Origin: an uncultured Gammaproteobacteria bacterium
GTDB lineage: Bacteria; Patescibacteriota; Microgenomatia; CAYQLK01
Direction: 5' to 3'
NCBI GenBank assembly: GCA_964418515.1
Contig: CAYQLK010000003.1
Location: 1-50,196, forward strand
DNA length: 50,196 nucleotides
Positions 16,590 to 26,530 of this stretch are shown here, piece after piece. The notes below the pieces were generated by a model that did not search any database, was not told where the DNA came from, and saw nothing but the letters and a program-made list of their open reading frames with translations. A program made the position numbers and the translations under genes. Numbering within the stretch: the first letter of the stretch is position 1; every line of letters starts with the position of its first letter.

Positions 16590-17996
16590 ATGAAAAATAA
16601 TTATTTCTTAACTACTGCAATTTCGTATGCTAACGGGTCACCGCATATTGGACATATTACTGAAGCGGTGATTGCTGACGTAATTACCCGATTTCGAACA
16701 AAGTTTCTTAATGAAAAAGTATTTTTTTTAACAGGAACAGATGAGCATGGAGTAAAAATTAAAGAGGCTGCAGAAAAATCTGGTGAGGATATTCAAAGTT
16801 TTGTTGACAAGATTTCAGACGAATTTAAGGTGGCGTGGGGCGAAATGGATATTGATTATTCGAGATTTATCAGAACTACAGATAAAGACCACGAAGAAAA
16901 AGTGATCGAGTTTTATAAAAAACTACATGAGAATGGATATATTGATAAAAGACCATATGAAGGTCTTTATTGTGTGGGGTGTGAAAAATTTTATTCCGAA
17001 GAAGAATTGGTCGAAGGATTGTGTCCTGACCATCAAAAACCACCAATAAATTATAAAGAGGAAAATTATTTTTTTAAGCTTAGCAGTTTTGAGGAAAGAT
17101 TAATTAAGGAAATAGAAAACGATGATATTACAATCCTCCCTGATACAAAGAAAAATGAAATATTGGGCAAACTTAAAAAAGGCCTTGAGGATATTTCTGT
17201 CTCAAGAAAATTAGACTGGGGAATTAAACTTCCATTTGACGATAGTCAGGTTGCTTATGTTTGGGTGGACGCGTTAATAAACTATTTGACTTATGGAGAG
17301 AGTGAAAATATTTGGCCGGCAGACTTACATATAATTGGCAAGGATATTTTATGGTTTCATACTGTTATTTGGCCTGCGTTGCTTTGGGCAGCAGGATATG
17401 TGGCTCCAAAGTCTGTTTATGCACACGGTTTTTTTACGATTGAGGGAAAGAAGATTTCAAAATCCCTTGGCAATGTCATTACTCCATCAGAGATGATTAC
17501 TAAACTTGGGTCTAGTGATGCGGCGAGATTTATTTTATTGTCATCTTTTAGTTTAAGAAACGATGGTGATTTTTCTTGGGAAAAAATTTATGAGAAATAT
17601 AACAATGTTTTAGCAAATAGCTTGGGTAATTTTGCGTCACGACTAGCAAAACTTTCAAATGATTCTCAAATAACAAACATTGAACTCCCAGAAGTAGACA
17701 AGCTGGAAATCAATCGATTAAAGAAATATATAGAAACACAAGATATATTTGCGTATTGTGAATATTTAGAAACAGCGATGTCCGAGCTTAACTTGGAGTT
17801 CGATCAACAAGCCCCATGGAAAAAAGAGGGTGAGGGAAAAAAACAAACATTGTTACTACTTATTACAAAATATTTAAAAATTGTTTTGCTTTTTGAGCCA
17901 ATTATGCCTAACAAGTCAAAGGAAATAATTAGTGTATTTGTGAACACAGAAATTAAACCCATTACTAATCCTATTTTTTTAAGAATTATTAGCTAA
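16590..17996 (+). CDS. metG: methionyl-tRNA synthetase (minimal, no C-terminal tRNA-binding domain)
   Basis: SYANGSPHIGH (HIGH), KISKSLGN (KMSKS) and the CVGCEKF...CPDH zinc knuckle. Confidence 0.9.
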   Translation: MKNNYFLTTAISYANGSPHIGHITEAVIADVITRFRTKFLNEKVFFLTGTDEHGVKIKEAAEKSGEDIQSFVDKISDEFKVAWGEMDIDYSRFIRTTDKDHEEKVIEFYKKLHENGYIDKRPYEGLYCVGCEKFYSEEELVEGLCPDHQKPPINYKEENYFFKLSSFEERLIKEIENDDITILPDTKKNEILGKLKKGLEDISVSRKLDWGIKLPFDDSQVAYVWVDALINYLTYGESENIWPADLHIIGKDILWFHTVIWPALLWAAGYVAPKSVYAHGFFTIEGKKISKSLGNVITPSEMITKLGSSDAARFILLSSFSLRNDGDFSWEKIYEKYNNVLANSLGNFASRLAKLSNDSQITNIELPEVDKLEINRLKKYIETQDIFAYCEYLETAMSELNLEFDQQAPWKKEGEGKKQTLLLLITKYLKIVLLFEPIMPNKSKEIISVFVNTEIKPITNPIFLRIIS

Positions 17997-17999
17997 AAG

Positions 18000-18791
18000 G
18001 TGTTAATAGATACTCACGCTCACCCAGAACAAGTCGAGTTTGATAATGACAGAAATAAAGTTATATCTGATTCATTCCACTCTGGAATCGAAGCGATTAT
18101 TGCTGTTGGAACAAGTATTGAAAATACGAAAAAAGTAATTGAACTTTCAGAAAAATATGCAAATATCTACCCAACAGCAGGAATACACCCAACTGATGGC
18201 GGTGATGAAACAAAAAATAAATATAAAGAAGAATTTGAAAAAATCGTGGATACTTATAAAAAGAAGATTGTTGCAGTTGGTGAATGTGGGCTTGATATAT
18301 ATATTGAAGGAGAAAGACCAACCTCAAATAAAGATGTATTAAAACAAATAGAATTATTTGTTTTTCAATTACAAATTGCAAAAAAATATAATTTACCAGT
18401 GATAATACATTGCAGAAATGGCTGGGACAGGGTGTTTGAAGTATTAGACAAAAACAATATTAATAATGGTGTTTTTCACTGTTGGACTGGTAATTTGGAT
18501 CAATTAAAACAGGCTGAAATTAGAGGATTTTATGTGGCATTTGGTGGAATATTAACTTTTAAAAATGCAGGTGAAATAGTAAATTCTGCAAAAAAAATTG
18601 ACATAAATAAATTAGTATTAGAAACAGATAGTCCTTTCTTGGCACCTGAGGGATTAAGAGGAAAAAGAAATGAACCTAAAAATGTTAGAATTGTCGCCGA
18701 GTTCATAGCTAGGCTAAGAGGAGTAGAATTAAGCTATATTGAAGAAGTGACCACTACAAACGCTAAAAGGCTTTTTAATTTGAAAATATGA
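18000..18791 (+). CDS. tatD: TatD-family metal-dependent hydrolase/DNase
   Basis: IDTHAHP, GECGLD, IIHCR and ETDSPFL motifs. GTG start. Confidence 0.85.
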   Translation: MLIDTHAHPEQVEFDNDRNKVISDSFHSGIEAIIAVGTSIENTKKVIELSEKYANIYPTAGIHPTDGGDETKNKYKEEFEKIVDTYKKKIVAVGECGLDIYIEGERPTSNKDVLKQIELFVFQLQIAKKYNLPVIIHCRNGWDRVFEVLDKNNINNGVFHCWTGNLDQLKQAEIRGFYVAFGGILTFKNAGEIVNSAKKIDINKLVLETDSPFLAPEGLRGKRNEPKNVRIVAEFIARLRGVELSYIEEVTTTNAKRLFNLKI

Positions 18792-20287
18792 TTGGTGAAT
18801 GGATTGCAAAATATGTAAATAATCATGACAAGTCAGTGCATCGAGCGTTGGAAATTTTGCCTGGCGCATTTAGTTGGACTTTGATCCTCTTTCCTTTGTG
18901 GGGATCGTTTTGGGTCCCTCATTATGTGGCTTACTTTGTAATTCTATTTGATATTTTTTGGTTCTATAAATCTGGCACCCTAGCAGTAACAGTTGTTTTG
19001 TCGCATATCAAAATTAGAGCAGCAGAAAGATATTCATGGATGAATGATCTTAAAAAACTTCCTGATTGGAAAAAAATTCATCATGTAGTGATTATTCCAA
19101 CTTTTAAAGAGCCTGAATTAACATTAATTAGGGGGATTGACTCTATTGCTGAGCAAGATTTGAACCCTAAGCAAATAACTGTAGTACTAGCTATGGAAGA
19201 CCGTGAGACGGGAGCACTACAAAAAGGTAATGCACTTAAGAAAAAATACGAAGGTATCTTTGCCAACTTTTTTATAACTATTCATCCTGACATAGAAGGT
19301 GAAGTGAAAGGTAAATCATCAAATGAGGCATGGGCTGGAAGATGGGTAAAAAAAGAACTAATTGATCGACAAAAAATGGATATTGAATATATGACCGTGA
19401 CAAGTAAAGACGCTGATTCAATAATGCATAAAAAATATTACTCATGTCTTAGCTATAAGTTTTTGACTAATCCAGATAGACATTTCAGATTTTGGCAGGC
19501 GGCAATAATGTTTTACTCAAATATTTGGAGAATTCCTGCACCAATTAGAGTGGTCAATACCTTTTGTACTTTGTGGCAGACTGCTCAACTGATGAGAAAG
19601 GATCGAATTATTAATTATTCAACCTACTCACTGTCAATGAAAATGCTTCATGAGGTTGACTATTGGGATGTTGATGTAATACCTGAGGATTACAGGCTAT
19701 TTTTTAAGTCGTATTTTAAGCTTAACGGCAAGGTTGAGGTTGAACCAGTGTATTTGAGCGTTCATGCAGATGCGGCTGAAGCTAACGGTTACGTTAACAC
19801 AATGATAAACCAGTACGAACAAATGAAACGATGGGCATGGGGAGCCTCAGATGATGCGTATATTATTAAAAATTGGATGACAAACCATCAGATTCCATTT
19901 TGGACACGAACAATGAGAGTGGTGAAAGTACTTGAAGACCACTTTTTGTGGCCAGTTAATTGGTTTGTAATTACACTTGGAGCCAATATTCCGCTGGTCT
20001 TGAATCCGGAATTTTCTCAGACCGTACTTGGGACAAACTTACCAAAAATCACTTTTGGACTAATGACTTTGGCCTGGGTATTTTTGATTGTTATGATTAT
20101 TGTGGATCTAAGGCAGAGACCTAAGTCTGATGTGCCTATGTCGCCAATTAAAAGACTGCTTATGCCTTTTGAATTCATCCTTATGCCTGTGACAGGATTA
20201 TTCTTTTCAGCTCTCCCTGGACTCGATGCGCACACGCGCTTAATGCTTGGTAAATATATCGAGTATCGAGTTACAGAAAAAGTTTAG
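18788..20287 (+). CDS. membrane-embedded family-2 glycosyltransferase with processive-synthase motifs
   Basis: VIIPTFKEPE, KDAD (DxD), IPED and QMKRW (QxxRW, encoded 19820-19834), flanked by TM helices. Confidence 0.65.
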   Translation: MIGEWIAKYVNNHDKSVHRALEILPGAFSWTLILFPLWGSFWVPHYVAYFVILFDIFWFYKSGTLAVTVVLSHIKIRAAERYSWMNDLKKLPDWKKIHHVVIIPTFKEPELTLIRGIDSIAEQDLNPKQITVVLAMEDRETGALQKGNALKKKYEGIFANFFITIHPDIEGEVKGKSSNEAWAGRWVKKELIDRQKMDIEYMTVTSKDADSIMHKKYYSCLSYKFLTNPDRHFRFWQAAIMFYSNIWRIPAPIRVVNTFCTLWQTAQLMRKDRIINYSTYSLSMKMLHEVDYWDVDVIPEDYRLFFKSYFKLNGKVEVEPVYLSVHADAAEANGYVNTMINQYEQMKRWAWGASDDAYIIKNWMTNHQIPFWTRTMRVVKVLEDHFLWPVNWFVITLGANIPLVLNPEFSQTVLGTNLPKITFGLMTLAWVFLIVMIIVDLRQRPKSDVPMSPIKRLLMPFEFILMPVTGLFFSALPGLDAHTRLMLGKYIEYRVTEKV

Positions 20288-20340
20288 CCGGTCGAAAGAA
20301 TGATATATTTGAGTAAGGATTCTATATTCTGCCTAGATAA

Positions 20341-21828
20341 ATGACAAAACCAAAAAGTCTAACGCTCAAAATTGAAATTTTACTAGTTGCTGCGTTAGCA
20401 TTTGTTTTCATATTAAGAATTCCATCGCTTTTTGAACCGTTTTGGTATGGTGACGAAGGTATTTTTGCGGCTGTGGGGCACGGACTAAATAAAGGACACA
20501 TGCTTTATCTGCAGACCTGGGACAATAAACCCCCAATGATTTATTTATATTACTCTGCAATTTTTAGAATTTTTGGCGAGTCAATGTTTTGGATAAGGAT
20601 GATTACCGCCATTTGGGTAACACTTACTGCTTTGGTTGTGTTTGATATTGTTAGAAGAATTTTAAGTGATAATAGAGCTTTGGTTGCTATAGTCGTATTT
20701 GGAATACTTACTTCCCTACCGGTAATTGAAGGTAATTTGGCTTTAACAGAAATATTAATGTTGCTTCCAACTGCTTTGGGGTTTTGGTTAATTTTATTAA
20801 AGAACAAGGGACTATTTAAGAATTTTGACGATGTCTTTATATATTTAATAGCTGGCGCTTGTTTTTGTTTTGCATTTTTGTTTAAACAGATGGCCATATT
20901 TGACTCAATTGCAGCAGGAATCATAATTTTGACGATGCAGGATAAACCGATTAAAAGAGCAGTTAGTCTAACTATTGGTTTTTTGACTGTTTTTGGAGTT
21001 GTGGCTTTATACTTTTTGCTGAGAGGAACTTTGGGTGACTTTATTTTTGCCGCCTATACATATTATTTTATTTATTTGTCAGAAGGCCCAGGATTACCAA
21101 AATATTTTATTGTTTTTAAAGTATTACCCGCAGCAATCGCTTCGCTTTTTCTTTTTTATAAATTATTTAGCGGTAAAAAGGTTACATTTACAAATGTTTT
21201 TTTGATGTGGGTATGCTTTGCTTTAATGGGAAGTATTTTTTCAGGCAGACCTTATGGGCATTATTTAATTCAAATAGTATTACCATTAACAATATTACTA
21301 GTCGGACTTAACTTTAGGAAAATAAAATTTTTGGATGTGGCCGTATCGGCTGTAATTATAGTGATAGCGATTTTTGTTTTAAACAAGGCGTTCGGACTTA
21401 GTAATTTTCAGGGCGATGTATTAAGAACTGGTTATTACAAAAATTTTGTTGAGTTTGCAAAAGGCAACAAAACATACAGACAGTACAGTGACAGTTTTGA
21501 CAGTAACGCCTACAAACTAAGAAGCGTTTCTGAATATTTAATAACAAAAGGCTCATCAAATGAATATGTCTATATATGGGGGGACTATTCTTGGGCGTAT
21601 GTTTTGGCTGATGCAAAGGAATCAAGTAGATATGTTACCTCTTTTCATGTACGCGGGCTTCCAAATGGGGACAAAGAAGTTATTGAAAGTCTAGAGAGAA
21701 ATAGGCCAAAGTTCATTGTTAAAACTCCTAATGCAATTGGAGGCTTTGAAGAACTTGATGGGTTTATTTTGAAATACAGGTATAAACTTATTAACACGAT
21801 CGAAGGCTCGGAGATATTTGCTATTTAG
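20341..21828 (+). CDS. GT-C fold (ArnT/PMT, GT39-like) polytopic glycosyltransferase
   Basis: About 11 TM helices, an acidic first-loop motif FWYGDEGIF, and a soluble C-terminal domain. Confidence 0.55.
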   Translation: MTKPKSLTLKIEILLVAALAFVFILRIPSLFEPFWYGDEGIFAAVGHGLNKGHMLYLQTWDNKPPMIYLYYSAIFRIFGESMFWIRMITAIWVTLTALVVFDIVRRILSDNRALVAIVVFGILTSLPVIEGNLALTEILMLLPTALGFWLILLKNKGLFKNFDDVFIYLIAGACFCFAFLFKQMAIFDSIAAGIIILTMQDKPIKRAVSLTIGFLTVFGVVALYFLLRGTLGDFIFAAYTYYFIYLSEGPGLPKYFIVFKVLPAAIASLFLFYKLFSGKKVTFTNVFLMWVCFALMGSIFSGRPYGHYLIQIVLPLTILLVGLNFRKIKFLDVAVSAVIIVIAIFVLNKAFGLSNFQGDVLRTGYYKNFVEFAKGNKTYRQYSDSFDSNAYKLRSVSEYLITKGSSNEYVYIWGDYSWAYVLADAKESSRYVTSFHVRGLPNGDKEVIESLERNRPKFIVKTPNAIGGFEELDGFILKYRYKLINTIEGSEIFAI

Positions 21829-21864
21829 AGTTTTTAATCTACAATCTATAGCATCAAAAATAGG

Positions 21865-22272
21865 ATGAAAACAAAAGTAAGACCATCAGTCAAAGTAACA
21901 CATTTTCGATTAAAGGACGTTAGACAGGAGTGGGATGAGGTTGACGCGGATAAAATAACTAAAATAGTTTTTTTAATTTCTGCGGCTATATATTTACTTA
22001 CGTTGGGTTTTTTTCTTTATAATCGCAAACTGCTTCCACCAGAATTGCCTATTTTTTATTCAAAACCTTGGGGTCAAGAACGACTGGCTCCCTCTGATGC
22101 AATATGGATACCTGTTTTGATTGGTATGGTACTACTAATAATTAATGGATTTTTGTCTTTAAAAATATATTCCAAAGAAAAATTTTTGCAAAAAGTTATT
22201 GCTTGGACAAATTTGGCTACCACAACGTTAATATCTGTGACTTTAGTTAAAATTATGAGGTTATTTGTTTAA
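21865..22272 (+). CDS. hypothetical small membrane protein
   Basis: 135 aa with about 3 TM segments, lying inside the glycan cluster. Confidence 0.45.
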   Translation: MKTKVRPSVKVTHFRLKDVRQEWDEVDADKITKIVFLISAAIYLLTLGFFLYNRKLLPPELPIFYSKPWGQERLAPSDAIWIPVLIGMVLLIINGFLSLKIYSKEKFLQKVIAWTNLATTTLISVTLVKIMRLFV

Positions 22273-22280
22273 TTATTTAA

Positions 22281-23360
22281 GTGATAGAAATTTTGTCTAA
22301 TCAATTATTTTTAGGTTTTTTCTTTTCACTTTCTGTAACTTTGTGCGTTACACCTATTGTTATAAGGTTTGCGACGAAATATGGTTTTGTGGACGATCCA
22401 AAAAAACACAAACACCCAGCAATACTTCACACAAAAATTATTCCGCGTGCAGGAGGATTAGCGATAGGAGTAGGAATAATTTTAGCGATTTTATTTTTTA
22501 TTCCAATTAATAAACAAATTGTTGGAATTATAATAGGCTCGATTATAGCGATTATTGTCGGAGTTCTTGACGACAAGTATGACCTTAATCCATATTTAAG
22601 GTTTTTTAGTAATTTTTTAATTGCAATTATTGTTGTACTGTCTGGAATTGGAATATCTTTTATTACAAATCCCTTTGGGGGAGTATTTAGACTCGACGAG
22701 CTAATAATTAGATTTGATTTGTTCGGCCCACACTCGATAATTGTTTTGGCAGATATGTTTGCAATTCTTTGGATTGTTTGGGTAATGAATATGCTTAATT
22801 GGTCAAAAGGTGTAGATGGTCAACTTGCAGGAATTGCAGCGGTGGGTTTTATTGTGCTTGGCGTTACAAGCTTAAGGTTTGCAGAAAATGACCCTTCACA
22901 AACAATTGTGGCGCTTTTGGCTTTTATTGCGGCTGGTGCATCATTAGGTTTTTTGCCGTTTAACTGGCATCCCGCCAAAATATTTCCAGGATACTCTTCG
23001 ACGATTTTAGGTTTTTTGATAGCAGTTTTATCAATAATGTCTGGAGCTAAGGTAGCAATTGCAGTTTTGGCTATGGCTGTTCCTCTATTAGATGGCCTTT
23101 TTGCCATAGTGCGCAGGCTGCTTATGAAAAAGTCTCCATTTTGGGGAGACAAGCGACATCTACACCATCATTTGATGCGATTAGGGTGGGGTCATAGAAA
23201 AATTTCTTTATTTTATTGGACAGTCTGTGCTATTTTAGGGTTAATAGCATTAACCACGAGTGGCGTCGAAAAGCTATTTGCGGGACTATTAGTGTTTTGT
23301 GCCATTATCGCAGCAATCCTTTGGATAAACTTAATTATTTGGTCAAAGGAAGATCTATAG
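22281..23360 (+). CDS. polyprenyl-phosphate sugar-1-phosphate transferase (GT4 MraY/WecA superfamily, WecA/TagO-like)
   Basis: IPRAGGLA, LDDKYDL, NMLNWSKGVDGQLAG and HLHHH motifs. PRxGG rather than TPTMGG favours WecA-like over MraY. GTG start. Confidence 0.75.
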   Translation: MIEILSNQLFLGFFFSLSVTLCVTPIVIRFATKYGFVDDPKKHKHPAILHTKIIPRAGGLAIGVGIILAILFFIPINKQIVGIIIGSIIAIIVGVLDDKYDLNPYLRFFSNFLIAIIVVLSGIGISFITNPFGGVFRLDELIIRFDLFGPHSIIVLADMFAILWIVWVMNMLNWSKGVDGQLAGIAAVGFIVLGVTSLRFAENDPSQTIVALLAFIAAGASLGFLPFNWHPAKIFPGYSSTILGFLIAVLSIMSGAKVAIAVLAMAVPLLDGLFAIVRRLLMKKSPFWGDKRHLHHHLMRLGWGHRKISLFYWTVCAILGLIALTTSGVEKLFAGLLVFCAIIAAILWINLIIWSKEDL

Positions 23361-23364
23361 ATTT

Positions 23365-24297
23365 ATGTTAATTGCAATTATTAAATCGGTTCGCCCAAGA
23401 CAGTGGTTAAAAAACTTTTCACTTTTTGCGCCTATTGTGTTTGAGGGAACTTTGTTTTCAGAAGGAAATATTTTAAGGCTAATTTATGGCTTTTTTGTAT
23501 TTTGTATTTTGGCATCATCAATATATTTACTTAACGATGTCGTAGACATCGAGCTTGATAGACAGCATCCATTTAAGAAATTTCGCCCGATTGCAAAAGG
23601 AAGCTTACCAGTTCCGATAGCTTTACTATTATCAATCACTGGAATAGGATTAGTTTTTGTTTTTGGGTATATTTTGTCTCCATATTTTTTAACAGCTTGT
23701 TTACTTTATCTTGGACTTCAACTTGCTTATACATTTTATTTAAAAAATCAGATTTTATTAGATGTAATGGTCATCGCTTCTGGTTTTTTAATCAGAGTTT
23801 ATGCAGGAGCTTTAATAGTTGAAGCACACGTAACCGTTTGGTTTTTGCTAGCTGTGCTTTGTTTGTCTTTGTTTTTGGCAATTGGAAAAAGACGATCAGA
23901 ACGAACTTTATTATCAGGGGCTGCCAAAATTGACGATGTGAGAAAAACATTAAAAGGATATCCAAACAGTTTACTTGACAGTCTTACGATTATGTTTGCA
24001 ACGGCAACATGGCTCTCGTATGCAATGTTTACTTTTTTACAACCACCCGTTTCTGCTGATATAAAACAGTCTTTAACTTTTTTAAGTAATTATTTACCTG
24101 AAACACTAACCAATACATCTAAGTGGTTAATGATTACCATACCTTTCGTCATTTATGGAGTAATGAGATATTTGTATATTATTTATGAAAAACGCGAAGG
24201 TGAGTCACCAGAAAGAGTTATGCTTTCCGATAAACCAATTTTGATTACGATAATTTTGTGGAGTATTACCGTTTTGACAATAATTTACGCAATTTAA
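23365..24297 (+). CDS. UbiA-family prenyltransferase, decaprenyl-phosphate phosphoribosyltransferase-like (DPPR synthase)
   Basis: RPRQWLKN and NDVVDIELDRQHPFKKFRPIA (encoded 23533-23595) closely resemble the Rv3806c-type signature. Confidence 0.7.
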   Translation: MLIAIIKSVRPRQWLKNFSLFAPIVFEGTLFSEGNILRLIYGFFVFCILASSIYLLNDVVDIELDRQHPFKKFRPIAKGSLPVPIALLLSITGIGLVFVFGYILSPYFLTACLLYLGLQLAYTFYLKNQILLDVMVIASGFLIRVYAGALIVEAHVTVWFLLAVLCLSLFLAIGKRRSERTLLSGAAKIDDVRKTLKGYPNSLLDSLTIMFATATWLSYAMFTFLQPPVSADIKQSLTFLSNYLPETLTNTSKWLMITIPFVIYGVMRYLYIIYEKREGESPERVMLSDKPILITIILWSITVLTIIYAI

Positions 24298-25052
24298 AGA
24301 TTTTGGATATATTCACTTGATACCCAGCCCGTTGTTAGCTCGTCAATTTTAATCTGAGCAAAGTTATTATTTAGCTCCAAAACTTCAAATTCTTGCCCTG
24401 GTAGGACTTGGGTGATTTCTGTGGAATTAATATCAGGATTTTCTCTGACTCTTAGAAAGCCGGTTGGACTGTCTTTAATCATAACTTTTGGCAAAGGATT
24501 AGTTTTTGGACTATCAACTGTGGCCAGCTGAGAATTAACGATTACTGAGTAATTTGATTGAATATGAACACGAACAGATCTTTCAACGAAACCTTCTTTT
24601 TTGACCGTAACCCTGTGATCCCCAAGGCTAAGATTGTCAATATTTATTGGAGTGTTTCCTTTAAATTCGCCATCAATAAATACGTGAGAAGCTACTGGAA
24701 AAGAGATTACTTTAAGACCATTTGTGCCTCTTGCAAGACTAACCGTCTCACCTTGTGACTTTTGATCTTCGAGAGATAGCTGTCTATTGATGATACTAAG
24801 TGTGTTGGGTAATAGCTTTAACTCTTCGACGTGACCACCAGAATTAGTCTGAATATTAATTTGATAGGTTTGATTGGCTGACAGTTGATCTGAAAAAAAT
24901 GGAGTTTGGCCAAAATCTGTTCCATTAATTATAATTTTGGCTTGTGGGTCAGAAGTTATTTGAAGCGAGGCTTTCGTGCCTGAAATTGAATTGCAGCCAA
25001 ATATAGGTGTAACAAATAATAATAAAGAAATTAACTTGAAATATTTTGCCAT
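24294..25052 (-). CDS. lipoprotein with PEGA and SH3b-like domains
   Basis: Lipobox PIFGC. FIDGEFKGNTPINIDNLSLGDHRVTVKKEGF (PEGA). C-terminal GFLRVRENP...GQEFEVLE...GWVSSEYI (SH3b-like). Confidence 0.65.
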   Translation of the reverse strand: MAKYFKLISLLLFVTPIFGCNSISGTKASLQITSDPQAKIIINGTDFGQTPFFSDQLSANQTYQINIQTNSGGHVEELKLLPNTLSIINRQLSLEDQKSQGETVSLARGTNGLKVISFPVASHVFIDGEFKGNTPINIDNLSLGDHRVTVKKEGFVERSVRVHIQSNYSVIVNSQLATVDSPKTNPLPKVMIKDSPTGFLRVRENPDINSTEITQVLPGQEFEVLELNNNFAQIKIDELTTGWVSSEYIQNL

Positions 25053-25102
25053 AAACGTAGACAGATTTTACATAAAATGTACCTTGATTGACATCTCCAG
25101 AT

Positions 25103-25131
25103 TTGACTTTTCCCCTTTTTTCTGATATTAT
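25103..25131 (+). promoter_or_regulatory. candidate sigma70 promoter of the M23 peptidase gene
   Basis: TTGACT (25103-25108), N17, TATTAT (25126-25131). GGAGG lies before ATG 25167. Confidence 0.4.
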
Positions 25132-25166
25132 AGGTCGTTCATATCTCTATTTTTGGAGGTAATATT

Positions 25167-25925
25167 ATGAAAAAAACAACAAATAAGAGACCGAAAAAGC
25201 CTCATTTATCTTTGCCTTGCGCGAGCTGGATAGCTTCGCAGGGCTTAAAACCACTCCCCTTCATTAGAGAGACAGCCAGCTTAATAGTCAATAAGACTGT
25301 AAGTTTATTTATGTTAATTATTATAGGTTTTCTAAAACTTGTAATTAAGAATTATATAAAAATAACTGCCTTCCCTCATAAAAGAATCAGTATTAAATAC
25401 GGTTTAATGCTGTCAATTTTTATGGTTATTTTTGGTCTTATTTCTATTGACCAAAGCCAAAATAAAAAACAGGAACAAATTGAAATTGTTATAGCTGCTA
25501 GCGAAGAAAAGAATGAGTTTGGACAAGTGTCTAATACAATTGGCTGGGAATCATGGGATGAAGATTTTATTATTCCTGTTGGCGGATATAAAAGCCAAGG
25601 ATATCGCCGCGGACATAGTGGTATAGATTATGCGGCGGAAATTTATAGCCCTGTTCACCCAATTACAGCTGGTAAGGTTGTACATGCCGGATGGGAAGCT
25701 GGTGGTTATGGAATAACCGTCATTGTTGACCATGGCCACGAACTAATTGCTAGATACGCACATCTTGCGAACACTAGCGTAAAAATTGGTCAAGAAGTGA
25801 GAACTGAAGACACACTTGGTGAAGTCGGTTTAACCGGACGAACTACTGGTCCTCATGTACACGTAGAAATTTACGACCAAAGTCAAAATATTAACCCTGA
25901 AAATTTTATTCCGCTTGCAAACTAA
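25167..25925 (+). CDS. M23 family metallopeptidase (LytM-like)
   Basis: GHSGIDYAA, ARYAHL and GLTGRTTGPHVHVEI motifs, with an N-terminal TM anchor. Confidence 0.85.
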   Translation: MKKTTNKRPKKPHLSLPCASWIASQGLKPLPFIRETASLIVNKTVSLFMLIIIGFLKLVIKNYIKITAFPHKRISIKYGLMLSIFMVIFGLISIDQSQNKKQEQIEIVIAASEEKNEFGQVSNTIGWESWDEDFIIPVGGYKSQGYRRGHSGIDYAAEIYSPVHPITAGKVVHAGWEAGGYGITVIVDHGHELIARYAHLANTSVKIGQEVRTEDTLGEVGLTGRTTGPHVHVEIYDQSQNINPENFIPLAN

Positions 25926-25933
25926 AACACCTC

Positions 25934-26467
25934 TTATCGAGGTCTGAGCTTACGTATTTTGGGCATAAATTCGTAGTTTTCTTTGCTTTGTTTGTGCGAT
26001 TTTTTGGGTAAATCCATATCTGACAGTTCTTCAAATAAAACTTTAAGCTTTATTGGATTGGCGACTTTTTCCATGACAATTGCGTGTTTATCGTAACCCG
26101 CGGTAACAATATCAAGATCGCCAGAGTTATATAAAAATCTCTCAAAGAAAGATTGTTCAACTGTGACGTGCGTAACCCGATTAATTGGAGCGGATGTTAT
26201 TTTTTTTGAAAAAATACCTTCGATAATAATAAATCGTCGGTTTGTAATTGCATAACTTATCTCACGATTTTTTCTTAAAACTCCAAGTAGCTTGGGAAGG
26301 CCAAGCAAAACAAAGGCAAAAGGTAACCAAATGATTATTTGGATAATGTAGTACCTTTGGCTGATACCACTAAAGTATAAAACCTCCTCGTTTTTAATTA
26401 GGTATTTTTTAAGTTTTTTTAACGATTTTGGTTTGGGCTTTTTGAAACCGAACTTAGTAATGTCCAT
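25934..26467 (-). CDS. membrane protein with a bacterial PH (bPH_2/YdbT-like) domain
   Basis: Two TM helices followed by YAITNRRFIIIEG...V.VEQSFFERF, reminiscent of bPH_2. Confidence 0.5.
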   Translation of the reverse strand: MDITKFGFKKPKPKSLKKLKKYLIKNEEVLYFSGISQRYYIIQIIIWLPFAFVLLGLPKLLGVLRKNREISYAITNRRFIIIEGIFSKKITSAPINRVTHVTVEQSFFERFLYNSGDLDIVTAGYDKHAIVMEKVANPIKLKVLFEELSDMDLPKKSHKQSKENYEFMPKIRKLRPR

Positions 26468-26530
26468 GCTTCTTATTATAGTAGAGGTTTTGCTCTACTG
26501 GTTAAAACTTACAAGGTTAAGGAGTAATAT

